From an uncultured Clostridia bacterium (GTDB lineage Bacteria > Bacillota > Clostridia > TANB77 > CAG-508), in NCBI GenBank assembly GCA_947632145.1, contig CANRNW010000001.1:46509-110508 (forward strand): a DNA stretch of 64,000 bases. Direction: 5' to 3'. A program made the position numbers and the translations under genes. The notes below the pieces were generated by a model, which ran no database searches, was not told the DNA's origin, and worked only from the letters and a program-made list of their open reading frames with translations. Below are positions 42,379-54,053 of the stretch, piece after piece (positions within the stretch are counted from its first letter, which is position 1; every line of letters starts with the position of its first letter).

Positions 42379-45300
42379 ATGAAACAAAATGTTAGAAATT
42401 TAAAACAACAAAAAATATATAGAAGAAGGAGAACCGCTCTTATCGTACTATTAGTAGCGTTAATAGCTCTAATAGTGGCAATATATGCAACAAATAGTAC
42501 ACTTAAAACAACTGCAGAGGTAGGAAATAATATAGATATAAAAGGGCGTAGTATAGATATATCTAATGTAATAAGTGCTGAACCGAATCCACCAGTAGTT
42601 GGAGCAGGAATGATACCAATAAAATGGGATGACGGAATCGAAATGTGGGTAATAACAACTGCAAACGATAAAGAGTGGTATGACTATTCTAAAGGCAAAT
42701 GGGCAAATGTAATGCTAAGTGATGGTTATTATAAATCTGAACTAGAAGTAGGAATAGCAAACGACCAATTGGTATCAAATTCAGTAGGAGTAAGCGTTTC
42801 AGATGATAAATTAGGTACAATATTTACATGGATACCAAGACTTACATATTTAGAGGAAAGAGTAGAATATTTAAAAGGAAATAGTATATTAGAATATCAA
42901 TGGACAACAGAGAGCTGTTTTAATTTAGAAAAATATGGAGCAAATAAATTAGACTTAGCATTTTTAGGAATATGGATAGGACAAACAGAATATAAAGATA
43001 TAGCCGAAGTAGAAACAAAAAATTCAGAAATGAATGAAGAAGAAAATGAGCAAGGTTTAATTACAAATGAAATGGTTTCAACCTTAACTGCAAGCGATAA
43101 AACAGCAGTACAAAAACTATACGACAAAACTATAGATGGAGCAGACTTAAGCAAACTTCATGAAATTATACAAAATCCAGAAGAAATACAAAATAGACAA
43201 ACAATTAAAATAGTAAACACAAATAATAGAATACCATTAGTTGGAACACATGAAATAAAAGAAGATTATATAATAGTAAAAGAAAAATATGCAGAAAATA
43301 CATTTTTATATAGTTTTAATAAAAATGGAGAATTACCAACAGGGGCAGGATATGTAATAGATGATAAAGAAACAAATTATACTTTCTATTTAGTAGATAA
43401 CATAGGAAATATAAGAAGATACAAAATGAGCTATGGTAGTGGAAAACCAGACATAACAAAATTTAATCCAAGCAATACATTTTATGTGTTATATGATGAA
43501 GAAGGAAATGAAAACAGTGTAATACCAGTAGGAGAAAAATTAACTAATGAACAACAGGAACAATGGTATAATTATAAAGATTCAAAATGGGCAAATATAG
43601 TAGTAAGAGATAACGGATGTGAAAACTATTATGTATGGATACCAAGATATATGTATAGAATAACTGACACTGAAAATCAAAGAGTGGAAGTAAAGTTTGT
43701 AGACTTAAGTAATGTATGTACAGATGAAGAAAAAGAAATAGATTTAAATAATACAGATTTTAAACTACCAGAAGCATTTACATGGGAAGACCCAGAAAAT
43801 CCAAGCGAAAAGATACAATTAACAGGATTTTGGGCAGGAAAATATAAATTACAAGATAGAGAGGAATATGAACCAGAAATAAGTGGTGGAGCTGGAGTAA
43901 TCAGAGTAAACAATATATTATCACATTATGGAGAAGGATATAAATATGAAATGTACCTAATACAAGATGGAAAAAGAGTAATACAAGATGGAGAAAATCT
44001 AGTAGAGGGAACAGATCCAATAAATTTAGAGGGAAACTATACATTTAAAGGTATAGAACCTGGATATTATACAGTTAACATAGCAGTAAAAGATAGTGAT
44101 GGAAATTATATAAAATCAATAGCAAAGGAAGTTTTAGTAAGAGAATCTTCAGATCCAGAAAAACCAGACTTAACAGGATTTAATCCAAACTTAACATACT
44201 ATGTAACATATGATGATGAAGGATATGAGCAAAGTAATATTCCACTAAATGATGAACAACCAGCAGATTGGTATGATTATGATGCTTCAAAATGGGCAAA
44301 CATAGTAGTAAGAGAAAATGGATGCGAGAACTACTATGTTTGGATACCAAGATATGAATATACTTTAGACACATCACATGAAAAAACGAATATACAATTT
44401 ATAAAAGTAGATGAATTTGCACAACCAGGATTTGTATTACCAGAAGCATTTACATGGGAAGACCCAGAAGACCCAGACAAAAAAATACAATTACCAGGAT
44501 TTTGGGCAAGTAAATACAAATTAAGAGATGATACAGTATATAACTTATCAGTATCAGTAACATCAGGAGAAACAAGTATAAAAGTTAGTGGATTTATACC
44601 TAAAACAGAGAAAGTTCCAACAAATTATGAAGTTAGTTTAATACAAGCTGGAAAAGTAATAGAAACAAGAAAGATAGAAAATACAACAGATGCAAGTTGT
44701 TTATTTGAACAATTAAAACCTGGAGAAACTTATGGAATAAATGTAATAGCTTTAGATGAAGCAGACAAAATGATATCAGGATATTCAACAGAAGTAACTT
44801 TAGTAAAAATAGAAATAGATTTATCTAAATTTAATCCAAATACTACTTTCTATGTAACATACGATGAAGAAGGAAATGAAAATAGTTTAATTCCAATAGG
44901 AGAACCTATACCAGACAATTGGAGCGACTATGCAAACCAAAAATGGGCAAATATAGTTGTAAGAGATAATGGATGCGAGAACTATTATGTATGGATACCA
45001 AGATATGAGTATGTAATAAATGAAGGAGAGCAAAAAGCAAAAGTAGTGTTTACAAATAAGGATGAGGCAACACCTGGTTATATAATACCAGAAGCATTTA
45101 CTTGGGAAGATCCAGAAAACCCAGATGAAAAGATACAACTTCCAGGATTCTGGGCAGGAAAATATAAATTACAAGATAGAGAAGAATATGAGCCAGAAAT
45201 AAGTGGTGGAGCTGGAGTAATTAGAATAAATAATATATTGGCACATTATGGAGCAAATAATAAATATGAAATATATTTAATTCAAGAAGGAATAAGAATT

Positions 45301-46566
45301 AAAAACACTGCTAGTAGTCCAATACCATTAACTGATAATATTCATACAATTGGAGATTTAGAAGAAGGAACATACTCAGTAAATATAGTAGTAAGAGATA
45401 AAGATGGAAATTATATAAGATCAATAGCAAAAGAAGTATATGTAAGAAAAGAAGCAACGCCAGAAAAGCCAGACTTAACAGGATTTAATGAAAACTTAAC
45501 ATTCTATGTAACATATAACGCACTAGGACAAGAAGAAAGTTATATTCCAATAAAGGATGAAGCACCATCAAATTGGTATAATTACAATGCAAGCCAATGG
45601 GCAAACATAGTGGTAAGAGAAAATGGACATGAAAACTATTATGTATGGATACCAAGATATGAATATGCTTTAGATACAGCACATGAAAAAACAGATATAC
45701 AATTTATAGATAAAAATGTAGTTGAAGCAGATGATGGATATACAATACCAGAAGCATTTACTTGGGAAGATCCAACTGATTCAAGTCAAAAGATACAGTT
45801 AGCAGGATTTTGGGCAAATAAATATAAGCTAAGAGATGGAGCAGATTCAACAGCATTTAGACTAGATGCATCAATAACAACAAGTGGAAATAAAATAAAA
45901 GTAAGCAATATTGTAGCATCTGATAGTACAATACAAAATTATACAGTATATCTAATAAAAGCTGGACAAATACAACAAACACAGCAATTACCACTAGGAG
46001 GAGATTATACATTTACAGTAGGTAGCGAAGGAACATATTCAGTAGAAATAGTACAACATAGCACAACAGCAGGAATAGTAGCAGGGGTTGCAAAAGAAGT
46101 TGTAGTAAAAGAATTAGATCCACCAGATGTAACAGGATTTAGAGTAGATACAACATATATAGTAACATATACTAGCGATGGAACAGAAAATCGTACAAAA
46201 TTAGCAGATGTGTTAGAAGCAGGAGCAGTATTAAATGATGACCAAACATTAAAAACAGGAAAAATAGACAAAAGTAAAGTAAATGGATGGTATGATTATG
46301 CAGAACAAAAATGGGCAAACATAGTAACAGTAAATCAATTAGAAGATGGTAGTGTTGTAGAAAACTATTTCGTATGGATTCCAAGATATGAATATGTTTT
46401 AGGAAATATATCTCAGCAGAGAATAGCTGTTAAATTCCTAAGAAAAGATGAAATGGCAGATATAGGCTATACAATACCAGAAAGTTTTACATGGAAGAAA
46501 GATGATGGAACAGTAGAACAGCTATCAGGTTTCTGGGCAAGTAAGTATAAGTTAAGACAACAATAA
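42379..46566 (+). CDS. Membrane-anchored 1395-aa protein built from six ~125-aa tandem repeats (WANIVVRxNGCENYYVWIPRYEY ... PEAFTWEDPE ... GFWAxKYKL) alternating with Ig-like modules
   Basis: Read from the translation and from near-identical DNA repeats (e.g. 43840-43930 vs 45150-45240). No family recognised. Confidence 0.6.
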   Translation: MKQNVRNLKQQKIYRRRRTALIVLLVALIALIVAIYATNSTLKTTAEVGNNIDIKGRSIDISNVISAEPNPPVVGAGMIPIKWDDGIEMWVITTANDKEWYDYSKGKWANVMLSDGYYKSELEVGIANDQLVSNSVGVSVSDDKLGTIFTWIPRLTYLEERVEYLKGNSILEYQWTTESCFNLEKYGANKLDLAFLGIWIGQTEYKDIAEVETKNSEMNEEENEQGLITNEMVSTLTASDKTAVQKLYDKTIDGADLSKLHEIIQNPEEIQNRQTIKIVNTNNRIPLVGTHEIKEDYIIVKEKYAENTFLYSFNKNGELPTGAGYVIDDKETNYTFYLVDNIGNIRRYKMSYGSGKPDITKFNPSNTFYVLYDEEGNENSVIPVGEKLTNEQQEQWYNYKDSKWANIVVRDNGCENYYVWIPRYMYRITDTENQRVEVKFVDLSNVCTDEEKEIDLNNTDFKLPEAFTWEDPENPSEKIQLTGFWAGKYKLQDREEYEPEISGGAGVIRVNNILSHYGEGYKYEMYLIQDGKRVIQDGENLVEGTDPINLEGNYTFKGIEPGYYTVNIAVKDSDGNYIKSIAKEVLVRESSDPEKPDLTGFNPNLTYYVTYDDEGYEQSNIPLNDEQPADWYDYDASKWANIVVRENGCENYYVWIPRYEYTLDTSHEKTNIQFIKVDEFAQPGFVLPEAFTWEDPEDPDKKIQLPGFWASKYKLRDDTVYNLSVSVTSGETSIKVSGFIPKTEKVPTNYEVSLIQAGKVIETRKIENTTDASCLFEQLKPGETYGINVIALDEADKMISGYSTEVTLVKIEIDLSKFNPNTTFYVTYDEEGNENSLIPIGEPIPDNWSDYANQKWANIVVRDNGCENYYVWIPRYEYVINEGEQKAKVVFTNKDEATPGYIIPEAFTWEDPENPDEKIQLPGFWAGKYKLQDREEYEPEISGGAGVIRINNILAHYGANNKYEIYLIQEGIRIKNTASSPIPLTDNIHTIGDLEEGTYSVNIVVRDKDGNYIRSIAKEVYVRKEATPEKPDLTGFNENLTFYVTYNALGQEESYIPIKDEAPSNWYNYNASQWANIVVRENGHENYYVWIPRYEYALDTAHEKTDIQFIDKNVVEADDGYTIPEAFTWEDPTDSSQKIQLAGFWANKYKLRDGADSTAFRLDASITTSGNKIKVSNIVASDSTIQNYTVYLIKAGQIQQTQQLPLGGDYTFTVGSEGTYSVEIVQHSTTAGIVAGVAKEVVVKELDPPDVTGFRVDTTYIVTYTSDGTENRTKLADVLEAGAVLNDDQTLKTGKIDKSKVNGWYDYAEQKWANIVTVNQLEDGSVVENYFVWIPRYEYVLGNISQQRIAVKFLRKDEMADIGYTIPESFTWKKDDGTVEQLSGFWASKYKLRQQ

Positions 46567-46572
46567 ATATAA

Positions 46573-46610
46573 ATGTATGGGGCATAATCGTATGCCCCAT
46601 ACATTTTGTT
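46573..46610 (+). terminator. Rho-independent terminator
   Basis: Perfect palindrome ATGTATGGGGCATA-ATCG-TATGCCCCATACAT followed by TTTGTT. Confidence 0.65.
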
Positions 46611-46688
46611 AATATATTGCAAAAATACAACAAATGATATATCATTGTAGGGTGCCAAAAAGAGTGCACACTAAATTGGAGGTAATAT

Positions 46689-47462
46689 ATGAGAGTGTTT
46701 GATTCACATGCTCATTTTGATGATGAAAAGTTTGATTTAGATAGAGATGATTTGATACAAGAAATTCATAAAAATGGAGTAGAAAGAATTATTAGTGCTG
46801 GATATAGTTTAGAAGGTTCAAAAAAAGCTATTGAATTAGCTAATAAGTATGATTTTTTTTATGCAACTTGTGGTATTTCACCTAATGATATAGATGGGAT
46901 GAAATTAGATGATTTGCGAAAGATTTATAATTTAGCAAAAGAAAATGAAAAAGTAGTTGCTATTGGAGAAATTGGGCTAGATTATTATTGGAATAAAGAG
47001 AATAAGGAAAAACAGAAAAGTTTTTTTATAAAGCAAATAGAAATTGCGAATGAATTAAATTTACCCATAGTAATCCACACAAGAGAAGCTGTAATGGACA
47101 CAATAGATATTTTAAAGCACCAAATAAACTGTAAAAAATATGGTGTATTTCATTGTTGCCCTTTAAATATAGAGTTAGTAAAGGAAGCATTAAAACTTGG
47201 TTTTTATATATCAATGGCAGGACCTATTACTTTCAAAAATTCTAAAAATGCAGAAGAAATAATAAATTATGTTCCATTAGATAAAATTTTAATTGAAACA
47301 GACTCACCATACTTAGCACCAGAGCCTGTTAGAGGAACAAGAAATAATTCAAGTAATTTAAAATATATTGCACAAAAAATTGCAAATGTAAAGCAAATGA
47401 ATGTCGAAGATATTGAAAATGCAACATATAATAATACTTGCAAAATATTCGAAATAAAATAA
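46689..47462 (+). CDS. tatD: TatD family metal-dependent DNase/hydrolase
   Basis: MRVFDSHAHFDDEKF ... IGEIGLDYYW ... ETDSPYLAP. Confidence 0.9.
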   Translation: MRVFDSHAHFDDEKFDLDRDDLIQEIHKNGVERIISAGYSLEGSKKAIELANKYDFFYATCGISPNDIDGMKLDDLRKIYNLAKENEKVVAIGEIGLDYYWNKENKEKQKSFFIKQIEIANELNLPIVIHTREAVMDTIDILKHQINCKKYGVFHCCPLNIELVKEALKLGFYISMAGPITFKNSKNAEEIINYVPLDKILIETDSPYLAPEPVRGTRNNSSNLKYIAQKIANVKQMNVEDIENATYNNTCKIFEIK

Positions 47463-47484
47463 TAGCGTCTTTTATAGACGCATA

Positions 47485-49020
47485 TTATCTTTCATCATTT
47501 GGATTAGAATATTCATTATCTCTAAAAATATTTAAACTTTGTTTTGGAAATTGTTCTGCTAATACTTTATTTAAATTCTGGAATAAAGTATTAACTAGCA
47601 TTTGCTTACTTGCCATTGAATATGGATTAGATATATTTTTTTTATAAAAATATATACTATCTCCAAGAGCTAAATTCAAAGGAATAATAGTTTCTCTGCT
47701 GGCAATTTTTGCAAGTTTTTGCTGTTCCTTTTTTTCTTTACAATCAGTCTCTAATTGTTTAATCGTTTCAATAATTTCTGATGATTCACAAATACGACTA
47801 GAAGTGGTTAAACTTAAAATTCTTTCATTTGCTAAAGCAGTATTTATAAAACCATCAATTTTATTATCAGGAATTGCAGTATTAGAATTTTCAATTAGTA
47901 AAAGACCACAATTTCCAGCACTAGCAAAATATTTATTATTAGATTTTTTGTTATTAGAAATACTATCGTTAGTACCTTCATCTTTTATTTGAGAAATTAG
48001 TTTTGAGTATAATTCATTTATATTCTCATCTGTTTGATTATGACCAATAATATCGTTTGAAAGTTTTAAATGTGTTAAATCAAATAATCTAACAGATATT
48101 GGTTCATGTTTACTTTCAGCCAATAAAGGTATAACATAGTTATCAAAAAAATTTTTAGATACTTCTCCAGTTAAAGGATCTGTTATCAAAAATTTAAAAA
48201 GCTCATTAACTTTATTAGTTTTATTTATTGATGAATTATCATTATTTATTATATAATTATGAATTTGACTTGCAATTTCAGGATCAATATCTAACTTACT
48301 TTCAAATGCTGATTCAGGCATAATTGATTTTAATCTTTCTACATATGATACCATATTATCGTTTGTTTTTTCTAAATTATGAATAACAACATCTAATAAA
48401 CTATTTTTTAATATTCCATAATACTCTATTGGTAATGAAGTTGATTCTATTCTATAATAAGAAAAATAGTTAGTTAGTCCTTTATAAATTGAGTCAGATA
48501 GCATTTCTTCAGGTGTTTTAAATTTATTTTTATTATTTAATTTCTTTTTACGATTTACGTTTAATTCAGTATGTGCGTATAGTTCATCAAATGTTGGATA
48601 TACAGAAGAATCCATAGAGCTAGTTGTTATAGTTAATCCATATACATCTTCACTATGCTCTTTTAGTGCAGTATCTATATATTGAAAAGCGGAATCCATA
48701 TCTCTTTTATACACATTTGGAGTTAAAAATCCAAATTCATCTCCAGCAATTCTTACAATCATTGTATCTTCAGGTAAAGTTTCTTTTATCAATCGAATAG
48801 ATTCAAATATTGCTTTATCTCCAATTTCAAAAGAATGTGTTTTATTTAATTGATTAAGTTTATTAAAATCTCCAAATGTAAAACAAAATAGTTGATCATC
48901 TGAAAAATCTTGATACATACTATAAAGAATACTATTAAAATATTGTCTAGAAAAAACACCTAGATTTTTAAGTTTTGTATCATATACAAAATCATTTAAA
49001 TAATTTTTCGCTGATTCCAT
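47485..49020 (-). CDS. Degenerate GGDEF-domain protein (signature AGDEF), possibly two tandem degenerate GGDEF-like domains
   Basis: FCFTFGDFNKLNQLNKTHSFEIGDKAIFESI...IVRIAGDEFGFL resembles the DLDxFKxxND...RxGGDEF core with substitutions. Confidence 0.55.
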   Translation of the reverse strand: MESAKNYLNDFVYDTKLKNLGVFSRQYFNSILYSMYQDFSDDQLFCFTFGDFNKLNQLNKTHSFEIGDKAIFESIRLIKETLPEDTMIVRIAGDEFGFLTPNVYKRDMDSAFQYIDTALKEHSEDVYGLTITTSSMDSSVYPTFDELYAHTELNVNRKKKLNNKNKFKTPEEMLSDSIYKGLTNYFSYYRIESTSLPIEYYGILKNSLLDVVIHNLEKTNDNMVSYVERLKSIMPESAFESKLDIDPEIASQIHNYIINNDNSSINKTNKVNELFKFLITDPLTGEVSKNFFDNYVIPLLAESKHEPISVRLFDLTHLKLSNDIIGHNQTDENINELYSKLISQIKDEGTNDSISNNKKSNNKYFASAGNCGLLLIENSNTAIPDNKIDGFINTALANERILSLTTSSRICESSEIIETIKQLETDCKEKKEQQKLAKIASRETIIPLNLALGDSIYFYKKNISNPYSMASKQMLVNTLFQNLNKVLAEQFPKQSLNIFRDNEYSNPNDER

Positions 49021-49051
49021 AATTACTCCTTTGGCATTTTCATTATATATC

Positions 49052-49939
49052 CTATTTTAAGTTTTTAATTGCTTCAATTCTATCTTCTATTGATGGATGG
49101 GTAGAAAATAGGCTACTTGATTTCTTTTTCTTATCTTTTAGAGGGCATACAATATACATATGTGCAGTAGATGAATTTGCAACTTCTAATTCATCAGGGT
49201 CTGAATCTAATTTTGTAAGTGCAGAAATTAGTCCATCTGGATTTCGTGTAAATTCAATGGCTGTAGCATCTGCTAAATATTCTCTTCTTCTAGATATTGC
49301 AAGTTGCATTAGTTTTCCAAAAAGAGGAGCAAATATAAGCAAAATGAAACCTATTATCATAAGAATACCATTTGCTTTACTATCATCATTATCTTTTCTA
49401 CTAGCACGAAAAGTCCATCTAGAAAACATATCTGACAACATAACAATTAGACCAAGCATTACAGTAACAACTGCAGATAATCTTATATCATAATTTTTTA
49501 TATGAGACATTTCATGAGCAATTACACCCTCTAGTTCATAATAATTTAATTTTTCTAAAAGACCGGTTGTCACACATATTACAGAATGCTCTGGATTTCT
49601 TCCTGTTGCAAAAGCATTTGGTTGAGAATCTTCTACAACATATAATTTTGGTCTACTTTCAAGACCACTAGATATCATAAGAGTATCTAATATATTAACT
49701 AACTTTTGATCTTCTTCGTGTGTTGCAGGTCTAGCTTTACTCATAGATAAAATTATTTTGTCTGAGTTATAGTAAGTAATATATGCTGATAAAACTGAAA
49801 AGATAAGTGCAATTATAATAGATGATGTACCTAATTCAAAAGCCATACAAACAAAATATATAATCAATGTTACCATTAAAATAAAACCAGAAATTACAAT
49901 ACCACTTTTTATTTTATTATTTTTTATATCTTCGTACAT
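49052..49939 (-). CDS. htpX: Zinc metalloprotease HtpX (M48)
   Basis: HEMSHIKNYD HExxH motif. TM helices. 295 aa. Confidence 0.85.
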   Translation of the reverse strand: MYEDIKNNKIKSGIVISGFILMVTLIIYFVCMAFELGTSSIIIALIFSVLSAYITYYNSDKIILSMSKARPATHEEDQKLVNILDTLMISSGLESRPKLYVVEDSQPNAFATGRNPEHSVICVTTGLLEKLNYYELEGVIAHEMSHIKNYDIRLSAVVTVMLGLIVMLSDMFSRWTFRASRKDNDDSKANGILMIIGFILLIFAPLFGKLMQLAISRRREYLADATAIEFTRNPDGLISALTKLDSDPDELEVANSSTAHMYIVCPLKDKKKKSSSLFSTHPSIEDRIEAIKNLK

Positions 49940-50004
49940 AAATTATTCCTTTCATAAAGATAAAGGATAGATATAATATAGATTATAAACTATCCTTTAT
50001 TTTC

Positions 50005-50559
50005 TTAGTTATTAAAGTCTATTTTTACATTTTTTCTAGCTTCATCACTATCTACTTTGAACATTTCTTCTGGTTTAAAACTAAATATAGCAGCAATAAT
50101 ATTTGTAGGAATTACTTGTAATTTTGTATTGTATCTTGTTACTGTGTCATTGTAGAATTGACGAGATGCAGCTATTTTATTTTCTGTAGCTCTTAATTCT
50201 TCTTGTAGTTCAGAAAAGCTTTGATTAGCTTTTAAATCTGGATAATTTTCAGAAACAGCCATTATTGTTTTTAATGCTCCAGAAAGTTGATTATCTAAGT
50301 CAGATTTTTCAGCAACTGTTGATGCATTAGCCCAAGATGTTCTTAAAGCTGTAACTTTTTCTAGAACATCACTTTCATGTTTCATATATCCTTTTACAGT
50401 ATCAACTAAATTAGGAATTAAGTCAAATCTTCTTTGAAGTTGTACGTCCATTTGAGCAAATGAATTTTTTACTCTTTGTCTTAATGTAACTAAACTATTA
50501 TAAATAGCAATAATAAATAAAATTAAGACAATAACGATTGCAAGTATAACGTATCCCAT
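50005..50559 (-). CDS. lemA: LemA family protein
   Basis: N-terminal TM plus LemA pattern (NSLVTLRQRVKNSFAQMDVQLQRRFDLIPNLV). Confidence 0.8.
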   Translation of the reverse strand: MGYVILAIVIVLILFIIAIYNSLVTLRQRVKNSFAQMDVQLQRRFDLIPNLVDTVKGYMKHESDVLEKVTALRTSWANASTVAEKSDLDNQLSGALKTIMAVSENYPDLKANQSFSELQEELRATENKIAASRQFYNDTVTRYNTKLQVIPTNIIAAIFSFKPEEMFKVDSDEARKNVKIDFNN

Positions 50560-50696
50560 ATTTTTTTCCTCCTTATAAATTATAATTGAAGTATATCATA
50601 AAAAATATACTATTGCAACAAATTTTTAATGTATATTTGCAATTGACTAATGTAGAAATAATTTATATAATAGTTAAAATAAAGGAGGAGATTGTT

Positions 50697-53600
50697 ATGG
50701 GGCTTAGGTTAATATACGGTAGAGCAGGAAGCGGAAAAAGTAAATATTGCTTTGACCAAATAAAAGAAAATATAAATAGCAATAGCCCAATATATATCAT
50801 AACTCCTGAGCAATTTTCTTTTACAGCAGAGCAAAAACTATTAGAAACAATAAGCATGTGTAAGGATCATCATTCACATTGTTCCGTAATAAATGCCGAA
50901 GTAATAACTTTTAATCGTATGGCAGATAGAATATTTAATGAGGTTGGAGGAGTGAATAATACACACATAAGCAAAGCGGGAAAGTCTATGCTTATTTCTA
51001 GTATTTTAAAAAAACAAAAGAAAAATTTAAAGTTTTTAGGCAATACAGATGAATTTACAGATGTTATATTAAGAACTTTTAAAGATTTTAAAAAACATAA
51101 TGTAACTTTAGATTTCTTAGAAGAAACTATGAAAGTTATAGATAATAAATATTTAGAGTCAAAGTTAAATGATATAAATTTAATATATACTTTATATGAG
51201 GAAAAATTAGAAAACAGATATATAGATGATGATGATGTACTAACAATTTTATCAGAAAAATTAGAAAAAAGTGAAATGTTTAAAAATTCTATAATATATA
51301 TAGATGAATTTGCAGGATTTACTAAACAAGAATATATGTTAATAACGGAACTATTAAAGGTAGCAAATCAAATAAATATAACAGTTTGTACAGACACATT
51401 AGAAGAGCCACAATTCATAGATACAGATATATTTTATTCAAATAAAGTAACAGCAAAACGTTTGATAGAATGTGCAAAAAATGCAAATGTAAAAATATTA
51501 GAACCAATAAAATTAGAAGGTTCTAATAGATTTAAAAGTGAAGAATTAAAGCATTTAGAAGAAAATTTATATAACATAAATTATAAAAAATATAGTAAAG
51601 ATAATAACGATATAACCTTGTTTTTAGCAACAAATTCATATTCAGAAATAGAGTATGTTGCACAAAATATAATAAAATTAGTAAGAAACGAAAAGTTAAG
51701 ATATAGAGATATATCAATTATAACAAAGGATATAAATACATATTCTTCGTTAATAAAAGCTATTTTTCAGAAGTATAATATACCAGTTTTCATTGATGAT
51801 GAAAAAGATTTAGGTCAAAATGTGCTAATTAAATATATTTTATCAATATTAGATATTTTTTCTAATAATTGGTCTTATGAAAGTATGTTTAATTATATAA
51901 AAACAGGATTTTTAGAGTTAGAAAAAGATGATATTTTTGAATTAGAAAACTATTGTATAAAGTACGGAATCAAAGGTAAAAAATGGTATGAAGATGATTT
52001 TAAATATGGTGAAGAAGAACAAATAAAAAAATTAAATGAAATAAGACTAAAGATTGTAACACCACTAATTGAATTAAAAAATAGTATTAGTAAAAGTAAA
52101 ACTGTTAAACAAATTAGTCAAGAGTTGTATTTATTTTTAGTAAAAAATAAAGTATTTGAAACTTTAAACAAAAAAATAGATTATTTGCAAACAATCAATG
52201 AAATAGACATGGCAAATGAATATACTTCAAGTGTAAATTTAGTTATAAATTTACTAGATGAAATTGTTTCATTATTTCAAGATGAAATAATTTCTTTTGA
52301 AAATTATAGAGATTTATTAAAAATAGGATTTTCTTCTAGCAGTTTAAAAAATATACCAGCAACTTTAGATCAAGTAATAGTGGGAGATATAGATAGATCA
52401 AGGAGTCATAAAGTAAGAGCAATTTTTATAATAGGATTAAATGATCGGAGTATTTCCAAGTGCAAATAAGGATGAGGGATTTTTAAATGATGAAGATAGA
52501 GAGTTTTTAAAACAAAATGGTATGGAAATAGCAAAAACTACCAAGGAGCAATTATATGAAGACCAATTTAATATATACAAAGCTTTTACCACAGCAGAAG
52601 AAAAGCTGTTTTTATCATATCCCTCAACAGATAGGGAATCTAAAGCATTAAGACCATCAATGATAATTTCTAAAATTAAAAAAATCAATCCAAAATTAGT
52701 TCTTAAGAGTGATGTTGTTTCAAGAACTTCAGAGATAATTACTGCATCAAATACTTTTGAAGAATTATTAACTAACATTAGAGCATATAATGATGGAGAA
52801 GAAATTGATGATATATGGTTTAATGTATATAATTTATATAAACAAAATAACGATTGGAAAGAGAAGTTAGATACTTCATTGATGGGATTAGGTTATACAA
52901 ATAAGGCTCAAAATTTAAGAGAAGAATACATAGAAAAAATGTATGGAGATACTTTAAAAACAAGTGTTTCTAGATTGGAACAATACAAAAGATGTCCATT
53001 TTCATTTTATTTAAAATATGGATTAAATTTATCTGAAAAAGATAGTGGAAAAATTCAGTCAATAGATACAGGTTCATTTATGCATGAGGTAATTGATGAA
53101 TTTTTTGATACAATTAAACAAAGAGAAGTTAATATAAAAACATTAGAAAAAGAAGATATTAGGCAAATAGTAAATAAAATAATTGAAGAAAAATTAAATT
53201 TAAAGAAAAATTATATATTTACAAGTACGCCCAAATTTATAGCATTAACCAACAAGTTAAAAAAAGTAGTATTGGAATCTATAGAATATATTGTTTATCA
53301 GTTATCTGTGAGCAGTTTTGAGATTTTAGGTAATGAAATATCTTTTTCAAACGATGGAGAATATCCAGCAATAACTTTAGATTTAGATGATGGCAGAAAG
53401 GTAGAAATAACAGGTAAGATAGATAGAGTAGATATTGCTAAAATGAGTGATGGAAAATATATAAGAATAATAGATTACAAATCTTCTGTAAAAAATATTG
53501 AGTTAAATCAAGTACTTGCAGGTTTACAAATACAGTTGCTTACATATATGGATGCAATTACTAAAATAGAAGATGTACTTCCTGCAGGAATTTTGTATTT

Positions 53601-54051
53601 TAATTTGTTAGAACCTGTTATTAAAAAGAGTAAAAGCTTTTCAGATGAAGATATAGAAGAAGAAATAAAAAAACAATTTAAAATGAAGGGATTAGTTTTA
53701 GCCGATATAAATGTTATAAAATTGATGGATAATAAATTAGAAACAGGTTATTCAAATATTTTGCCAGTATATGTGGGAAAAGATGGAATAAGTCCAAGTA
53801 GGTCAAGTATTGCCACAAAAGAAGAATTTTATAAAATGCAAAAATATATGAATAGACTAATCAAGCAAATTTCCAAGGAAATTTTAAGTGGAAATATTGA
53901 AATTAAACCATACTATGATGCAAAGTATAAAAAAACTCCATGTGAGTATTGTGCATATAAACCAATTTGTAAATTCAATACAAACCAAAATGAGTATGAA
54001 TATATAGGCAATTTATCTAAAGATGAGTGCATGGAGAAGATGGAGGGGTAA
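50697..54051 (+). CDS. addB: ATP-dependent helicase/deoxyribonuclease subunit B (AddB/RexB), split by a +1 discontinuity at CGG-A (52446-52449)
   Basis: Walker A GRAGSGKS at the N-terminus. The first ORF ends ...IIGLNDRSISKCK* at 52469. Omitting C52446 gives ...IIGLNDGVFPSANKDEGFL..., continuing into the 52441-54051 ORF, which carries the nuclease/Fe-S cysteines (CPFSF...CEYCAYKPIC). Confidence 0.85.
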
Positions 54052-54053
54052 AT

